Shown: positions 52,476 through 62,481 of the stretch, piece by piece
How positions within the stretch are numbered: the stretch's first letter is position 1
Layout of the letters: each line of letters begins with the position of its first letter
Assembly: GCA_965652295.1 (NCBI GenBank)
Contig: CBFGTS010000003.1
Location: 64,001 to 128,000, forward strand
Direction of reading: 5' to 3'
DNA: 64,000 nucleotides
From: an uncultured Haloferula sp.
GTDB taxonomy: Bacteria; Verrucomicrobiota; Verrucomicrobiia; Verrucomicrobiales; Akkermansiaceae
Notes under the pieces: generated by a model
Databases searched by the model: none
Told to the model about the DNA's origin: nothing
The model's input: the letters and a program-made list of their open reading frames with translations, nothing else
Made by a program: the position numbers and the translations under genes

Positions 52476-54026
52476 CTACCTGCTTCGTGAAGTGAGCTTG
52501 TAGAGCATCACGCCGTGGGGGCGCACCGTCGCTGACAGCGAACCCTCGATCTCCTCTAGATTCTTCTGCCGCCACAGATCGCGAACCTGCTGTCTTCCGC
52601 CCAAGCCGTAGCCAGCCAGTCCATCCAGCGTGACGGTCGCCTCCTTCTCCCCCATGTTGATAAAGCAGAGCGCGGTGGTTCCGTCTTCCAACGGCTTTCG
52701 ATAAACACGAACCTTGCCTAGATCGGCGATCCTGACGGCCGGTTTCCCCAGCGCATCCTGATCGATCGCAAGCACCTCGTCATTCGTCAGCAGCCCGAGA
52801 GTGAAATCGTCGAGTTTGGTCAGATCGCATCCGATCAACAATGGAGCCGACATCATGCACCACATGCTGACGTGAGCGTATTGCTCATCCGGCGTCAGAT
52901 GCGTGGGATGCATCGCCGATCCCACGCTCACCCAGCCAACCACCATCATGTCCGGATCGTTCCAATGCCCGGGACTCGCCACATGCGCCCATTTCTCGTT
53001 GGCATCGATGATCTGGGAGACGGAAACATGATAGGTCTGATCGCTACGCGGCTCCCAGTGATCCCAGATGTCTCCGGTGGTCCTCCAGACGTTGGACCAG
53101 CGGGCCAGCTCGACACCCGATTCGAAGGGAGCGGTATTCGAGAGGCTGAAAACGATGTCGCGCCCGGTGGAACGAAGCGCTTCAAACATTTCCCGCGTGC
53201 TGTCCACGTCATTGGGATTCCAGTCGTACTTGAGATAGTCGAACCCCCACTCGGCGAACTGCCTGGCATCCGCCTGCGCGAAGCTGATCGGGCCAATCTC
53301 CTGACCTGCTTTTCCCCCCAGCCGTTCAGCGGACCACTCGCCCTCCGGGTTGTCGGACGAGCCTCCGGGGTAGTTCGCGTAGGAGGTCATCCAAGGAGTG
53401 GAATAGACGCCCGTCTTCAGCCCCATGTCATGGAGCGCTTTGCACAAACCCTTCATGTCCGGAAACTTGTCATTTGCCAGCAACGCCTTGTCCGCACCCT
53501 CCCGCTTGCCTTGCCAAGCGTCGTCGATGTTCACATAGGACCAGCCGTGATTGATCAGGCCGGACGAAACCAGGATGCGCGCCGATTCCAACACTTTCTC
53601 TTGATCGACATTCACAGCCCAACTGTTCCAGCTGTTCCAACCCATCGGCGGCGTCAGAGCGATCTCCTCGCCCACCACGATCCGAAAGTCTCGAGTGGCC
53701 GAGTCCACGACATTCGCAGCCTTCAGGATCACCTTGTATTCGCCCGCCTTCTCAACCTTGCCAGTGATTCGGCCGGTTTGAGGGTCGATGCTCAGCCCCT
53801 CGGGAAGGCCATCCGCGCCGAACTCCATGGGACGCTTGCCGGTCGCCGGCACCGTGTAAAGGCAAGGCGATCCCGGCCGGACTCCGAACACCGATGGTCC
53901 ATTGATGCGGGGCGCCGCGGATGGAGGCGGCGTGAGGATGTGGCTCGACAAATCAGGGGCTTCTTCGGCAAGCAACGGCAGCATCGTAAAGGCCAGCGCG
54001 ACCGCGGCACCACGGGTTTTCTTCAT
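52476..54026 (-). CDS. GH27 alpha-galactosidase / beta-L-arabinopyranosidase-like enzyme with an N-terminal Ig-like domain
   Basis: TPPMGWNSWN, YVNIDDAW, WGFDYLKYDW, WRTTGDI, WNDPDM and APLLIGCD. Confidence 0.92.
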   Translation of the reverse strand: MKKTRGAAVALAFTMLPLLAEEAPDLSSHILTPPPSAAPRINGPSVFGVRPGSPCLYTVPATGKRPMEFGADGLPEGLSIDPQTGRITGKVEKAGEYKVILKAANVVDSATRDFRIVVGEEIALTPPMGWNSWNSWAVNVDQEKVLESARILVSSGLINHGWSYVNIDDAWQGKREGADKALLANDKFPDMKGLCKALHDMGLKTGVYSTPWMTSYANYPGGSSDNPEGEWSAERLGGKAGQEIGPISFAQADARQFAEWGFDYLKYDWNPNDVDSTREMFEALRSTGRDIVFSLSNTAPFESGVELARWSNVWRTTGDIWDHWEPRSDQTYHVSVSQIIDANEKWAHVASPGHWNDPDMMVVGWVSVGSAMHPTHLTPDEQYAHVSMWCMMSAPLLIGCDLTKLDDFTLGLLTNDEVLAIDQDALGKPAVRIADLGKVRVYRKPLEDGTTALCFINMGEKEATVTLDGLAGYGLGGRQQVRDLWRQKNLEEIEGSLSATVRPHGVMLYKLTSRSR

Positions 54027-54108
54027 AGGATATGTGGTTTGTTGATCGTCAGTTTCTGATTGGTTCCGGCGCCCACCTGTCGACGCGGAAAATGGTCGGC
54101 GGATTCCG

Positions 54109-55245
54109 TCATTGCCCCTCGGGAAGCTCCATGTTCCGGAGCATGATGACCGAAAGATCCTCGCTTGGCCCATAGGGTTCCCTGCGCGACACCGCGCCGC
54201 CGGTATCCCACAACACGGGGACCATTTTCCGCTTCAGGGCGGCGCTGAACACCGAGACCGTCCACCGAAGCCGCGATTCTTTCTCCCGAGGCGCGCAAAC
54301 CGCGAACTCCCCGATGAAGACCGGAACCTTGTGACGCTCGGACGTCTCACTCAACTTGTCGAAAAGCTCCGTCAGCTCGTTCACGTCCTTCTCGTTGCCC
54401 CACGTCAGCTGCATTTTCCCCCAGCTCTCGTCCTTCTCCATGCCTGCGAACGGCCATGGCTGGTAGTAGTGGATCGAGAGAAACAGCCGGTCCGGAACCG
54501 AATCCTTCGGCAGCCGGTATTCCCTCAGACTGGTCATCTCGATGTCCGTCTTGTAGCCGGGGATGATCAGCAGGCGCCGCGGGTTGTTGCCGCCGGTCCG
54601 GCGCACGGTATCGATGAAAATCTGGTTCGCCCGCGTGAGCGCGGCGTATGCCTTCCTGGTCGATCCCTCGTTCTCGAAATTCGTCTCCTCGTTGATCGCC
54701 TCGAAAATGAGTTTCTCGTTCTTGTCGGCGTAGTGCCGGGCGATCTGGCCCCAATACGAGCGGAACTTCTTTTCCGCCTCCTTACTAAAGGTGTGGTAGG
54801 TGTCCGGGTAGCGCTCCTTGTTGCCGGAGTCGATCCAGCCTTCATCCCAATGGATGTTGATGACGCAGAACATCCCGGCGTCCAGAATCCATCCCACCAC
54901 CTCGTCGATCCGCTGGAATTTTTCCCGCGTGATCCGCCCGTTCTCGGCGTAGGTGTCCCAGGCGACGGGGAGCCGGATGGTCTTGAACCCGAGTTCGGCG
55001 AGGCTGTCGATGTAGTCCTTCGTGATGATCGGACTCCCCCAACCTGTCTCCCAGCGGGTGGTGTTCTCGAAGGTATTGCCGATATTGATACCGGGCGTCA
55101 TTTGCCCGACCGCCGTCCAGGCATCCAGCGGCTTCATTTTCTCCGGCCGGGCCCCTGCCCCGGCAGCGGCGGAGAGGGCGAAGGCAACGAACGCCAGCAG
55201 GAAGCCAACGAGACGACAAACGGTGAAATGGAAACGGCGGGTCAC
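54109..55245 (-). CDS. GH5 endoglucanase (subfamily 4-like), single domain
   Basis: GINIGNTFE, ETGWG, IRLPVAW, INIHWD, FEAINE, IHYYQP, FIGEF and LWDTG. Confidence 0.9.
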   Translation of the reverse strand: MTRRFHFTVCRLVGFLLAFVAFALSAAAGAGARPEKMKPLDAWTAVGQMTPGINIGNTFENTTRWETGWGSPIITKDYIDSLAELGFKTIRLPVAWDTYAENGRITREKFQRIDEVVGWILDAGMFCVINIHWDEGWIDSGNKERYPDTYHTFSKEAEKKFRSYWGQIARHYADKNEKLIFEAINEETNFENEGSTRKAYAALTRANQIFIDTVRRTGGNNPRRLLIIPGYKTDIEMTSLREYRLPKDSVPDRLFLSIHYYQPWPFAGMEKDESWGKMQLTWGNEKDVNELTELFDKLSETSERHKVPVFIGEFAVCAPREKESRLRWTVSVFSAALKRKMVPVLWDTGGAVSRREPYGPSEDLSVIMLRNMELPEGQ

Positions 55246-55311
55246 AACGGGAGCCCGAACGCTAACAACCCGCTTCCCGCTCCGCCACCGGTCAGGTTCG
55301 GGACATTGATC

Positions 55312-55327
55312 TCCCCCAAATCAGGGA
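55312..55327. promoter_or_regulatory. Operator-like palindrome 8
   Basis: TCCCC-CAAATC-AGGGA. Confidence 0.7.
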
Positions 55328-55389
55328 AGCACCGGCGGCAGGAGCGGGGCGGGCCATGAAGAAGGAGTTGGGCTGTCGCCAGCAGCCCC

Positions 55390-57027
55390 TCAGGATTCGA
55401 TCTCAAGCGCGAAGGCGATTTCCCCGTCGAACTTGGCGGGTAACGAAACGTGCAAGCCGTCCGCATCGCGGTCGAACTTCAACGCCCGGCCACCGACCAG
55501 GCGGACGCTGCGGATGTCCCCGGACCACTTGTCGGAGCCCTCCTTCAGCGACCTGACGGTGACTTTGCCGTCTTGGGGAATCTCCAGCACGATGGCATAG
55601 AGCGTCTTTCCGTCCTTCGATCGGGTGAAGCGGATGTCTTCGGCGGTGAACGGGTGGTCGGAGACGTCCTTCTGACCGTCGAACTGACCTTTCTCGGCCA
55701 CCAGAGTCGAAGGTCCCTCGCCGTAGATCTGCCACGGGCGGGTGGCGTAGATCGCCTCGCCATTGACCTTCAGCCAAGCACCGATCTCCTTGACGATTTC
55801 GATCTCCAACTCGTCGGGCTGCCCGTCGCGACGCAGCGGCACGCTCAGCATGAGGTTGCCGTTCTTGCTCACGATGTCGGCCAGCATCCGCACCACCGAC
55901 GCAGCGGACTTATAACCCTTCCGATCGTAAACACCCCGGTCGTAGTGCCACGACCCGAGGCAGGTGTCGGTTTGCCAGGCCTGGGGCAGGATGTCGTGCG
56001 CCTTGCCGCGCTCGATGTCGTAAACCATGGCCCGGCGCTGCATCTCATTGAGCTTTTTGTTGTTCATCACCGCCTCGGTCCGGCCGTTCTTGTCGAGGCG
56101 GGTGTTGTACAAGTGCGCGGCGAGTTTCAGGCCCACCTCGTCCGTCGCGCCATGGAAGGGCAGCACAGAATCGTCGAAATAGATCTGGTCGGGATGGTAA
56201 TCGTCCCAGAGCTGCCGGGTGCGCTTGAAAAATTTCTCCATGTAGGCGGCATCCGGAACGGTGGCGCCCCCCACGGGATCCCAATCCCACCAGCCCCAGC
56301 CGCTCTGGTCCCCGCGCCCGTGGTTCTGGGCGTAGAGATCCTGCGGATCGAGTCCCTCCCACCACTGGCCTTTTCCATCGGCTTTGGTGAGCTTTCCGTC
56401 GTACGGCACCCCGGCGAACGGACCTTCCTTGTCCGCACCCTGGGACGGCTCATACCACGTCCAGGCATGGGACGCGTGGACGCTGACGCCGAAACGCAAG
56501 CCGTGCTTGCGCGCCGCCTTGGACCAGCCACCGATCAAGTCCTTCTTCGGACCGACGGCGACGGAGTTCCACGGCTGATACTTCGAATCGAAGAGATCAA
56601 GGTTGTCGTGGTGATTGGCCATCGCCATGAAAATCCTGGCACCGTTGTCCTTGTAGAACTTCACCAATTTGTCGGGATCGAAGCGCTCGGCCTTCCAGTT
56701 CCGGATCACGTCCTTGAACCCGAACTTGGAGGGATGGCCGTATTCATCGAGGTGCAGCTTGTACTGCCACTCCCCCTCCTTGTACATGTTGCGGGCATAC
56801 CAGTCGCCATGCTCCGGTTCGCATTGCGGCCCCCAGTGCGCCCAGATCCCGAACTTCGCGTCGCGATACCACTCCGGCGTTTCGTAGGCCGCCAGCGACT
56901 GCCAATCCGGTTTGAACGGGCCGTCTTTGATGTCCGGCAGCTTCAGGGAATCCGTTTGCGCCAGCGCGGTCGCCAGCGAACAGCCGAGCGTCACCAAACA
57001 CCGTTGGGTTGAGTTCAGAGTCATCAT
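55390..57027 (-). CDS. GH29 alpha-L-fucosidase
   Basis: PEWYRDAKFGIWAHWG, NHHDN, IYFD, DIERG, WQTDT, DIVSKNGNL and NGEAIYATRPW. Confidence 0.92.
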   Translation of the reverse strand: MMTLNSTQRCLVTLGCSLATALAQTDSLKLPDIKDGPFKPDWQSLAAYETPEWYRDAKFGIWAHWGPQCEPEHGDWYARNMYKEGEWQYKLHLDEYGHPSKFGFKDVIRNWKAERFDPDKLVKFYKDNGARIFMAMANHHDNLDLFDSKYQPWNSVAVGPKKDLIGGWSKAARKHGLRFGVSVHASHAWTWYEPSQGADKEGPFAGVPYDGKLTKADGKGQWWEGLDPQDLYAQNHGRGDQSGWGWWDWDPVGGATVPDAAYMEKFFKRTRQLWDDYHPDQIYFDDSVLPFHGATDEVGLKLAAHLYNTRLDKNGRTEAVMNNKKLNEMQRRAMVYDIERGKAHDILPQAWQTDTCLGSWHYDRGVYDRKGYKSAASVVRMLADIVSKNGNLMLSVPLRRDGQPDELEIEIVKEIGAWLKVNGEAIYATRPWQIYGEGPSTLVAEKGQFDGQKDVSDHPFTAEDIRFTRSKDGKTLYAIVLEIPQDGKVTVRSLKEGSDKWSGDIRSVRLVGGRALKFDRDADGLHVSLPAKFDGEIAFALEIES

Positions 57028-57167
57028 CTTTCCAGTTAATTTTCGAGTGTGGATCCCTCCGCGGGATCGCGGAGAGTTACACGAGTGAACGCCTTCCTCG
57101 TTCAGGCAAACGCGGTCATCCTGAAAAGGAAAATGGCCGAACCCGAACGCCCTCCAATCCATTGATC

Positions 57168-57194
57168 ATCTGCGCATATCCGCGTTCATCTGCG
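57168..57194. repeat. 10-bp-period ATC(T/C)GCG triple repeat, probable arm of a degenerate inverted-repeat element
   Basis: ATCTGCG-cat-ATCCGCG-ttc-ATCTGCG. A weak opposite arm lies near 57059-57092. Confidence 0.55.
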
Positions 57195-57324
57195 ATTCTA
57201 TTTTCCTGTTTCAAATCCTGGATTTTGCAATCAGGCGGACACCGACGCGAGCCACGCTCGCATCCGTTCCCACCACGCCAGTTCTCGGCCGCCGACGCAA
57301 TCCGGCGGATGAGGGATTCTGCCC

Positions 57325-57340
57325 TCCCCCGCACAGGGGA
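57325..57340. promoter_or_regulatory. Operator-like palindrome 9
   Basis: TCCCC-CGCACA-GGGGA, 13 bp past the response regulator stop codon. Confidence 0.7.
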
Positions 57341-57352
57341 AGGCGCTGGCGT

Positions 57353-57970
57353 TCACAACCGGATGATGCCGCGCTTCAGGGAGACCGAGACCGCCTGGGC
57401 CCGGTCGTGGACGCCGAGCTTCTGAAACAGCGACTTCATGTGCGTCTTGATCGTTTCCTCGGAAACGAACATCGCCGCGGCGAGTTCCTTGTTCGTTCTC
57501 CCCTTCGCCACCAGCCGCAGCACGTCGAGTTCCCGCGGCGTCAGGGACGGACGCACCAGCCGGTCCGCCAGACGGGAGGCGATCGCCGGCGGCAGGTGCC
57601 TCTCTCCGGCATGAACCTGCCGGAGCGCTCCCACGAGTTCCTCCGTGGTCGTGTCTTTCAGCAGGTATCCCCGGGCACCCGCCTCCAGCGCGCGAAACAC
57701 GTCCTCTTCATTGTCGTAGGTCGTCAGCACGACCACCTTCGTTTCCCGGTCCCGTTTCAGCAGGGCCTGGATGACTTCGATGCCGTCGCCATCCGGCATG
57801 CGGAGGTCCACCACGTAAACGTCCGCTTCGACCTTCGCGAGGACCGTTTCTCGTCCGGTGCCCGCCTGTCCCACCACTTCGAATCCGGGCTGGGCATCGA
57901 TGATGGAGGCGAGACCGGAACGCAGCGCAGGGTGGTCGTCGGCCAGGAAAACTCGGATGGGGTTGTTCAT
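57353..57970 (-). CDS. NarL/LuxR-family response regulator
   Basis: IRVFLADDH, VDLRMP, GARGYLLK, LTPRELDVL and SEETIKTHM. Confidence 0.95.
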   Translation of the reverse strand: MNNPIRVFLADDHPALRSGLASIIDAQPGFEVVGQAGTGRETVLAKVEADVYVVDLRMPDGDGIEVIQALLKRDRETKVVVLTTYDNEEDVFRALEAGARGYLLKDTTTEELVGALRQVHAGERHLPPAIASRLADRLVRPSLTPRELDVLRLVAKGRTNKELAAAMFVSEETIKTHMKSLFQKLGVHDRAQAVSVSLKRGIIRL

Positions 57971-59982
57971 GTTGGAAGAGTGACGGAAACTTCGGTGCCC
58001 TCGCCGGGGCGGCTGTCGATCGAGAGGCTCCCGCCGAGTGGCTCGACCCTCTCGTGCATGCCGGTGAGACCGTAGCCTTTGCCGACGCGCCCAGCGACAT
58101 CAAATCCACAACCGTCGTCCTTGACCACGAGCGTGACCCAGTCGTCGCCGAAGCGCAGCCGGATGTCGATGCGACGCGCCGCGGCATGACGCACCGCATT
58201 GGTGAGCGACTCCTGACCGATCCGCAGAAGCGTGCTTTCGTGCTCCTGCCCCAGCGGGCGCGGGGTACCCTCGATGTGCTGCCGGTGGGTGACGTGGCCC
58301 CCGGCCGTTAAATCATCGGCGAACTTCTGCAGGGCGGAGGCCAGGTTCGCCTCGCCCAAGGCGAGCGGCCGGAGATTCCAGATGCTGCGCCGTGCCTCGC
58401 GCAGGCTGTCACGCACCAGTTGGCGCGCGGTTTCAAGGTGCTCCCGGGCGGCTGTCGGCGAAGCATTCAGGCGCTCACGGACGCATTCGAGCTGCATCGA
58501 TACCGACGTGAGCCCCTGTGCCAGCGAGTCGTGGATTTCGCGGGCAAAGCGCCCCCGCTCCGCCACCACCGCCTCATACGCCCGGCGCTGGGTTTCAGCC
58601 TTCCTGCGCCTCCGCAGCCTGCTCCGCTGATAGAGCGCGACGAGAACTACGATCAGGCCGCTGAACACCCACGCCACCCGCTGGGCCGTCCACCACGGCG
58701 GCGGCTGGAGCATCATGATGTCGCCCGGGTTCCGCAGCCGCAGCAACAATTTGTCCTCCTCCCGCAGGGGCTGGAAGGCACCCGAGGTGGTGATCTGGAC
58801 GATCCCGCCGGCGCGCACCTTCGACCCCGGCTTCAATTCCGGTGCCACGCCATCCGTCGCATCAAGCCAGCAGCGGAAAATCACCCCTCCATCCTGCAGC
58901 TCGAAGGTCGTACCATCGACACTATGGTAGGTGTTCAGCACCTCCGCCACGCAGGCAGCGAACTCCGATTCATACTGCGCGTCCAGTAGTTCCCGCGCCC
59001 CGCTCGCCACCGGAATCGGCGGCGTCTGGAGCCCCACCACGCTCACCTTGGACGCCCTCAGGAACGGCCTCATCGTCCCGGCCCGCGGCCACCCCTCGGC
59101 CTCGACCACCGTGCCCGGCGGGCTCGCGGGGCCGCGGGCGATCTGCACCCAGAGCCCCCCGTCGTTGGTCCGGAGGAACATCCCCCGCCCCGGCATATCG
59201 AAGGTCACCACCCCGCGCACCTTCACATAGTCGCTGGGCCCGGGACCGCCCCACCGCAGGAGCTGGCTGGGCTCCACCAGCCGCGCCTCCCGCTCCGGCT
59301 CGGGTGCATGGAGCGGCACCACGTCGGCCGCCGAATTCACCCGCAGGAACCGCCGCGTCATCTGGCGGTTCGTGTTGAAAATCGTCGCCACCACGCCGCG
59401 GATCCGAGCCCGCCGCTCCGCCAAATCCCATGGCACCGCCTCCGGCGGCACCGGCCCGGTCAGGAGAACATGGAATTGACACGAGCCCGCGCGACACTCG
59501 AGCACCAGGTTGCCTCCATCCAGCACCACTTCGTTCACCTCCGCCTCGACCTCCACCCAGTCACAGTCCAGATCCGGCTCCGCCAGCTCCATGCCATCGA
59601 CCCTTTTCGGCACCGGCAGGCCAGGCTCTCCGAGGATCCGGATCACCGGAGCTCTCTCATTGGGACCGGAAACGACGGGCGCATACACCCCATGTTCGGT
59701 CACCCCCCGGACCTCGATCTCCGCGCCCACGTCAGGCCACACCGCATCTGGACTCGCGTGCTGCTCAATGTAGATCCCCCTTTCCCCATCGTGGATGAAC
59801 AGGGTGGAAATGGACGCCCGGCTGAAGATCACCACGCCCCGGACCGAAACCGACAGCCCGCTCTTCGCCTCGTCATAGGAAAGCGACCGGATCTCATCGA
59901 TCCGGGTCAGCTCGCCCGCGGCCTGCCCGATCAGCACCGCGAGCGCGAAGAGCAGCCATGCCGTCCGTCCCATCAATCTCAC
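57967..59982 (-). CDS. HisKA_3 (NarX-type) sensor kinase with a large repeated extracytoplasmic domain
   Basis: Signal peptide, duplicated V.VRGVV modules, PPPWW followed by a TM helix, ERGRFAREIHDSLAQGL, ESLTNAVRH, DDGCGF and GLTGMHER. Confidence 0.92.
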   Translation of the reverse strand: MRLMGRTAWLLFALAVLIGQAAGELTRIDEIRSLSYDEAKSGLSVSVRGVVIFSRASISTLFIHDGERGIYIEQHASPDAVWPDVGAEIEVRGVTEHGVYAPVVSGPNERAPVIRILGEPGLPVPKRVDGMELAEPDLDCDWVEVEAEVNEVVLDGGNLVLECRAGSCQFHVLLTGPVPPEAVPWDLAERRARIRGVVATIFNTNRQMTRRFLRVNSAADVVPLHAPEPEREARLVEPSQLLRWGGPGPSDYVKVRGVVTFDMPGRGMFLRTNDGGLWVQIARGPASPPGTVVEAEGWPRAGTMRPFLRASKVSVVGLQTPPIPVASGARELLDAQYESEFAACVAEVLNTYHSVDGTTFELQDGGVIFRCWLDATDGVAPELKPGSKVRAGGIVQITTSGAFQPLREEDKLLLRLRNPGDIMMLQPPPWWTAQRVAWVFSGLIVVLVALYQRSRLRRRRKAETQRRAYEAVVAERGRFAREIHDSLAQGLTSVSMQLECVRERLNASPTAAREHLETARQLVRDSLREARRSIWNLRPLALGEANLASALQKFADDLTAGGHVTHRQHIEGTPRPLGQEHESTLLRIGQESLTNAVRHAAARRIDIRLRFGDDWVTLVVKDDGCGFDVAGRVGKGYGLTGMHERVEPLGGSLSIDSRPGEGTEVSVTLPT

Positions 59983-60032
59983 CCCGGTGACTACGGGATC
60001 GCCGGCCGCAGGTCCAGTCCCTCACGAAGAAA

Positions 60033-62435
60033 TCAAAGCCCGCCTCCGGGCCGGACCTTCCACGCCACCTTCCCATCCGGAATCTCCGACACGACCTTCC
60101 ATTCATTTCCGGTTTGCTTCAAGCGGACTTCGACCGCTTCCGACGAATCGGGCAAGGCGACCAAACCGGCAGCCTCGGCTGGATTCTTGCCGTAGACCGC
60201 AAGCTCCAGCTTCGACCAATCCAACGCCGAAGTGGACTGCGCCAGCCCGATGTGCGGGATCACGCTGCCGCCCCTCGCCAGCACGACCACCGGCACCTCT
60301 CCAGCCGCGATTTCATGCCAGCCTCCTTCGTAGGTCTTGCCCGTCTGATAGTCGGTCCACGAACCCGCCGGAAGATAAACCTGCCGCGAATTCTCCCCCT
60401 CGTGCATCAACGGAGCGACGAGCAACGACGAGCCGAGCAGATATTCATCATCCACCTGCCATGAGCCCGGATCCTCGGGAAACTCCACGAACAGACTCCG
60501 CAGCACCGGCAGCCCGCGCGCCGCGCTGTCGTGCGCCTGCGCCCAGAGGTAGGGCATCAACCGGTAGCGCATCTCCACCACTTGGCGGAACTTGTCCATG
60601 AAGTCCGGGCCGTATTCCCAGGGCTCTTTCGGTGCCATTCCGTGACAGCGCGCGTGCGAACCCAGCACGCTGAAAGCCAGCCACCTGAGATACAGGTCCT
60701 CGCTCGCCTTGCCGACAAAGCCGCCCGCGTCGTGACTCCAGAACGTGAATCCGCTGAGCCCGAGCGAGAGTCCGCCTCGCAGCTCGGCCGCCATGCCGCT
60801 GTCCGTCGCCTCGGCGTCGCCGCCCCAGTGCAGCGGGTAGCGTTGGCTGCCCGCCCAGGTGCTGCGCGCCCAGATGATGTTCTCGCCCGTTGTTTCCCGG
60901 GTGATGTCGGCGATCGCCTTGTTGTAGCGCAGCGGGTAGAGGTTGCGCTCGTGGAAACCGGTGCGGCCCGAGGCATAGATCCCCTCCAGCGGCGCCGCCT
61001 CGCCGAAGTCCACCTTGATCGCACCCACGCCCAGCTTCAACAACTCGGCGATCTTCCCCTGAATCCATTCGACCGTCTCCGGGTTCGAATAATCCAGCAC
61101 CGCGTCCTCGTAAGGCGTCGGGCTTCCATTCCGATCCCGCACCGCGAGACCCTGCTCCACGATCTCGGGAAACAGGTCGTTCTTCGGCACGAAGTACGGG
61201 AGTTGCCATAGCGAGACCTTGAAGCCCTCGTCGCCGAGATCCTCGATCATTTTCGCGGGCGTGGGGAAACGGGATTCGGCGAACTTGTAATCGCAGCGCC
61301 AGTCGGTCTCGAACCAGCCGGTGTCGAGGTGCAGCACGTCGCACGGGATCCGGTTCGCGCGCAGCTTCTCCGCCACCTCACGCACCTGCGCCTCGCTCAG
61401 ATACGTGCAGCGGCTCATCCAGAGGCCGAACGACCACAGCGGCGGCACCGGCGGGCGGCCCGTCAGCGCCGTGTATTCGCCGAGGACCTCCTCCGGCTCG
61501 CCGAGAAACACGAAAAGATCCAGCATGTCAGCGCCCACCATCAGCGAGTTCAGGCCGCTGAAGGTATGCCCGAAGTCACAGGTGACCGGCGTGCTGGTGT
61601 GCATGAACATGCCGTAGCCCCGGCTGCTCATGAAAAACGGGATCGGCTTGTACATCGCGCGGTTCTGCACGCCGTTCGCATCGGTCGTCCACAGCACCAC
61701 TTTCTGCCCCCGCTTGTCCAAGCCGGTGAACGATTCGCCGCAGCCGAAAACCTTCTCCCCGGGCGACAGCGAGAACGCCGCGTTGAAACTGCGCGAGTAG
61801 TCGGACGCGCGACGAATGAACGAGAACGGCAGCAATTTCGAGAAAGTCGTCGCGTGGTCCTTCGTGTGGTCCGTCTTTGTCAGCAGCCGGCCGGCCGCAT
61901 CGCGGAACTCGATCGACCATGGCTTCTCCGTGATCGTGACCGACCCTGCTTCACTGGAGTAGCGGTGACCGCCCTCGATTTTCTCGTGTTTCCAAGAGCC
62001 GTCCTTCGCCACCGGCCCGGCGAGCATCAATGATTCCGGCTCGTTCCACACCGGCCCCGAAGCCATCCGGATCCGCACCGTGCGCGGCGTCACGAACTCC
62101 AGCGAGAATGGCAGCGAGGGATTCGCCTCGTACTCGACCTCAGGAAACTCGTTGCCCGGCGAAGGTTTCAGCGCCGACAGCGTGTTGTCGAACGCATGCG
62201 CGGTCACCCGCGTGTTGCGCTCGTAGGCCACCTTTCCGGTGCCGGTGGCGGGGTCGAACTCCGCCAGCGAATCGGCCAGGAAATAGGTGTGGCTGAAGTC
62301 CTGGAAATCGCCGCTGATGTCCAACGGTTCGTTGAGCATGCGGGGGTGCTGGGCGCAGAGCGGAGCCGCGCCGAGGCCCGCAACCGCGAGGACCAGCGCC
62401 GGCCCCACGGACCGGAAGGGTTTGAGGATGTGCAT
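60033..62435 (-). CDS. GH31 alpha-xylosidase-like glycosidase
   Basis: YKPIPFFMS, WSFGLWMS, HLDTGW, IKVDFGE (nucleophile region typical of YicI-like xylosidases), HWGGD and WSHDAGGF. Confidence 0.9.
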   Translation of the reverse strand: MHILKPFRSVGPALVLAVAGLGAAPLCAQHPRMLNEPLDISGDFQDFSHTYFLADSLAEFDPATGTGKVAYERNTRVTAHAFDNTLSALKPSPGNEFPEVEYEANPSLPFSLEFVTPRTVRIRMASGPVWNEPESLMLAGPVAKDGSWKHEKIEGGHRYSSEAGSVTITEKPWSIEFRDAAGRLLTKTDHTKDHATTFSKLLPFSFIRRASDYSRSFNAAFSLSPGEKVFGCGESFTGLDKRGQKVVLWTTDANGVQNRAMYKPIPFFMSSRGYGMFMHTSTPVTCDFGHTFSGLNSLMVGADMLDLFVFLGEPEEVLGEYTALTGRPPVPPLWSFGLWMSRCTYLSEAQVREVAEKLRANRIPCDVLHLDTGWFETDWRCDYKFAESRFPTPAKMIEDLGDEGFKVSLWQLPYFVPKNDLFPEIVEQGLAVRDRNGSPTPYEDAVLDYSNPETVEWIQGKIAELLKLGVGAIKVDFGEAAPLEGIYASGRTGFHERNLYPLRYNKAIADITRETTGENIIWARSTWAGSQRYPLHWGGDAEATDSGMAAELRGGLSLGLSGFTFWSHDAGGFVGKASEDLYLRWLAFSVLGSHARCHGMAPKEPWEYGPDFMDKFRQVVEMRYRLMPYLWAQAHDSAARGLPVLRSLFVEFPEDPGSWQVDDEYLLGSSLLVAPLMHEGENSRQVYLPAGSWTDYQTGKTYEGGWHEIAAGEVPVVVLARGGSVIPHIGLAQSTSALDWSKLELAVYGKNPAEAAGLVALPDSSEAVEVRLKQTGNEWKVVSEIPDGKVAWKVRPGGGL

Positions 62436-62481
62436 GGGATGGGAAAAGTGCCGGAGCAAGCCGGATCGAAATACGACATAC

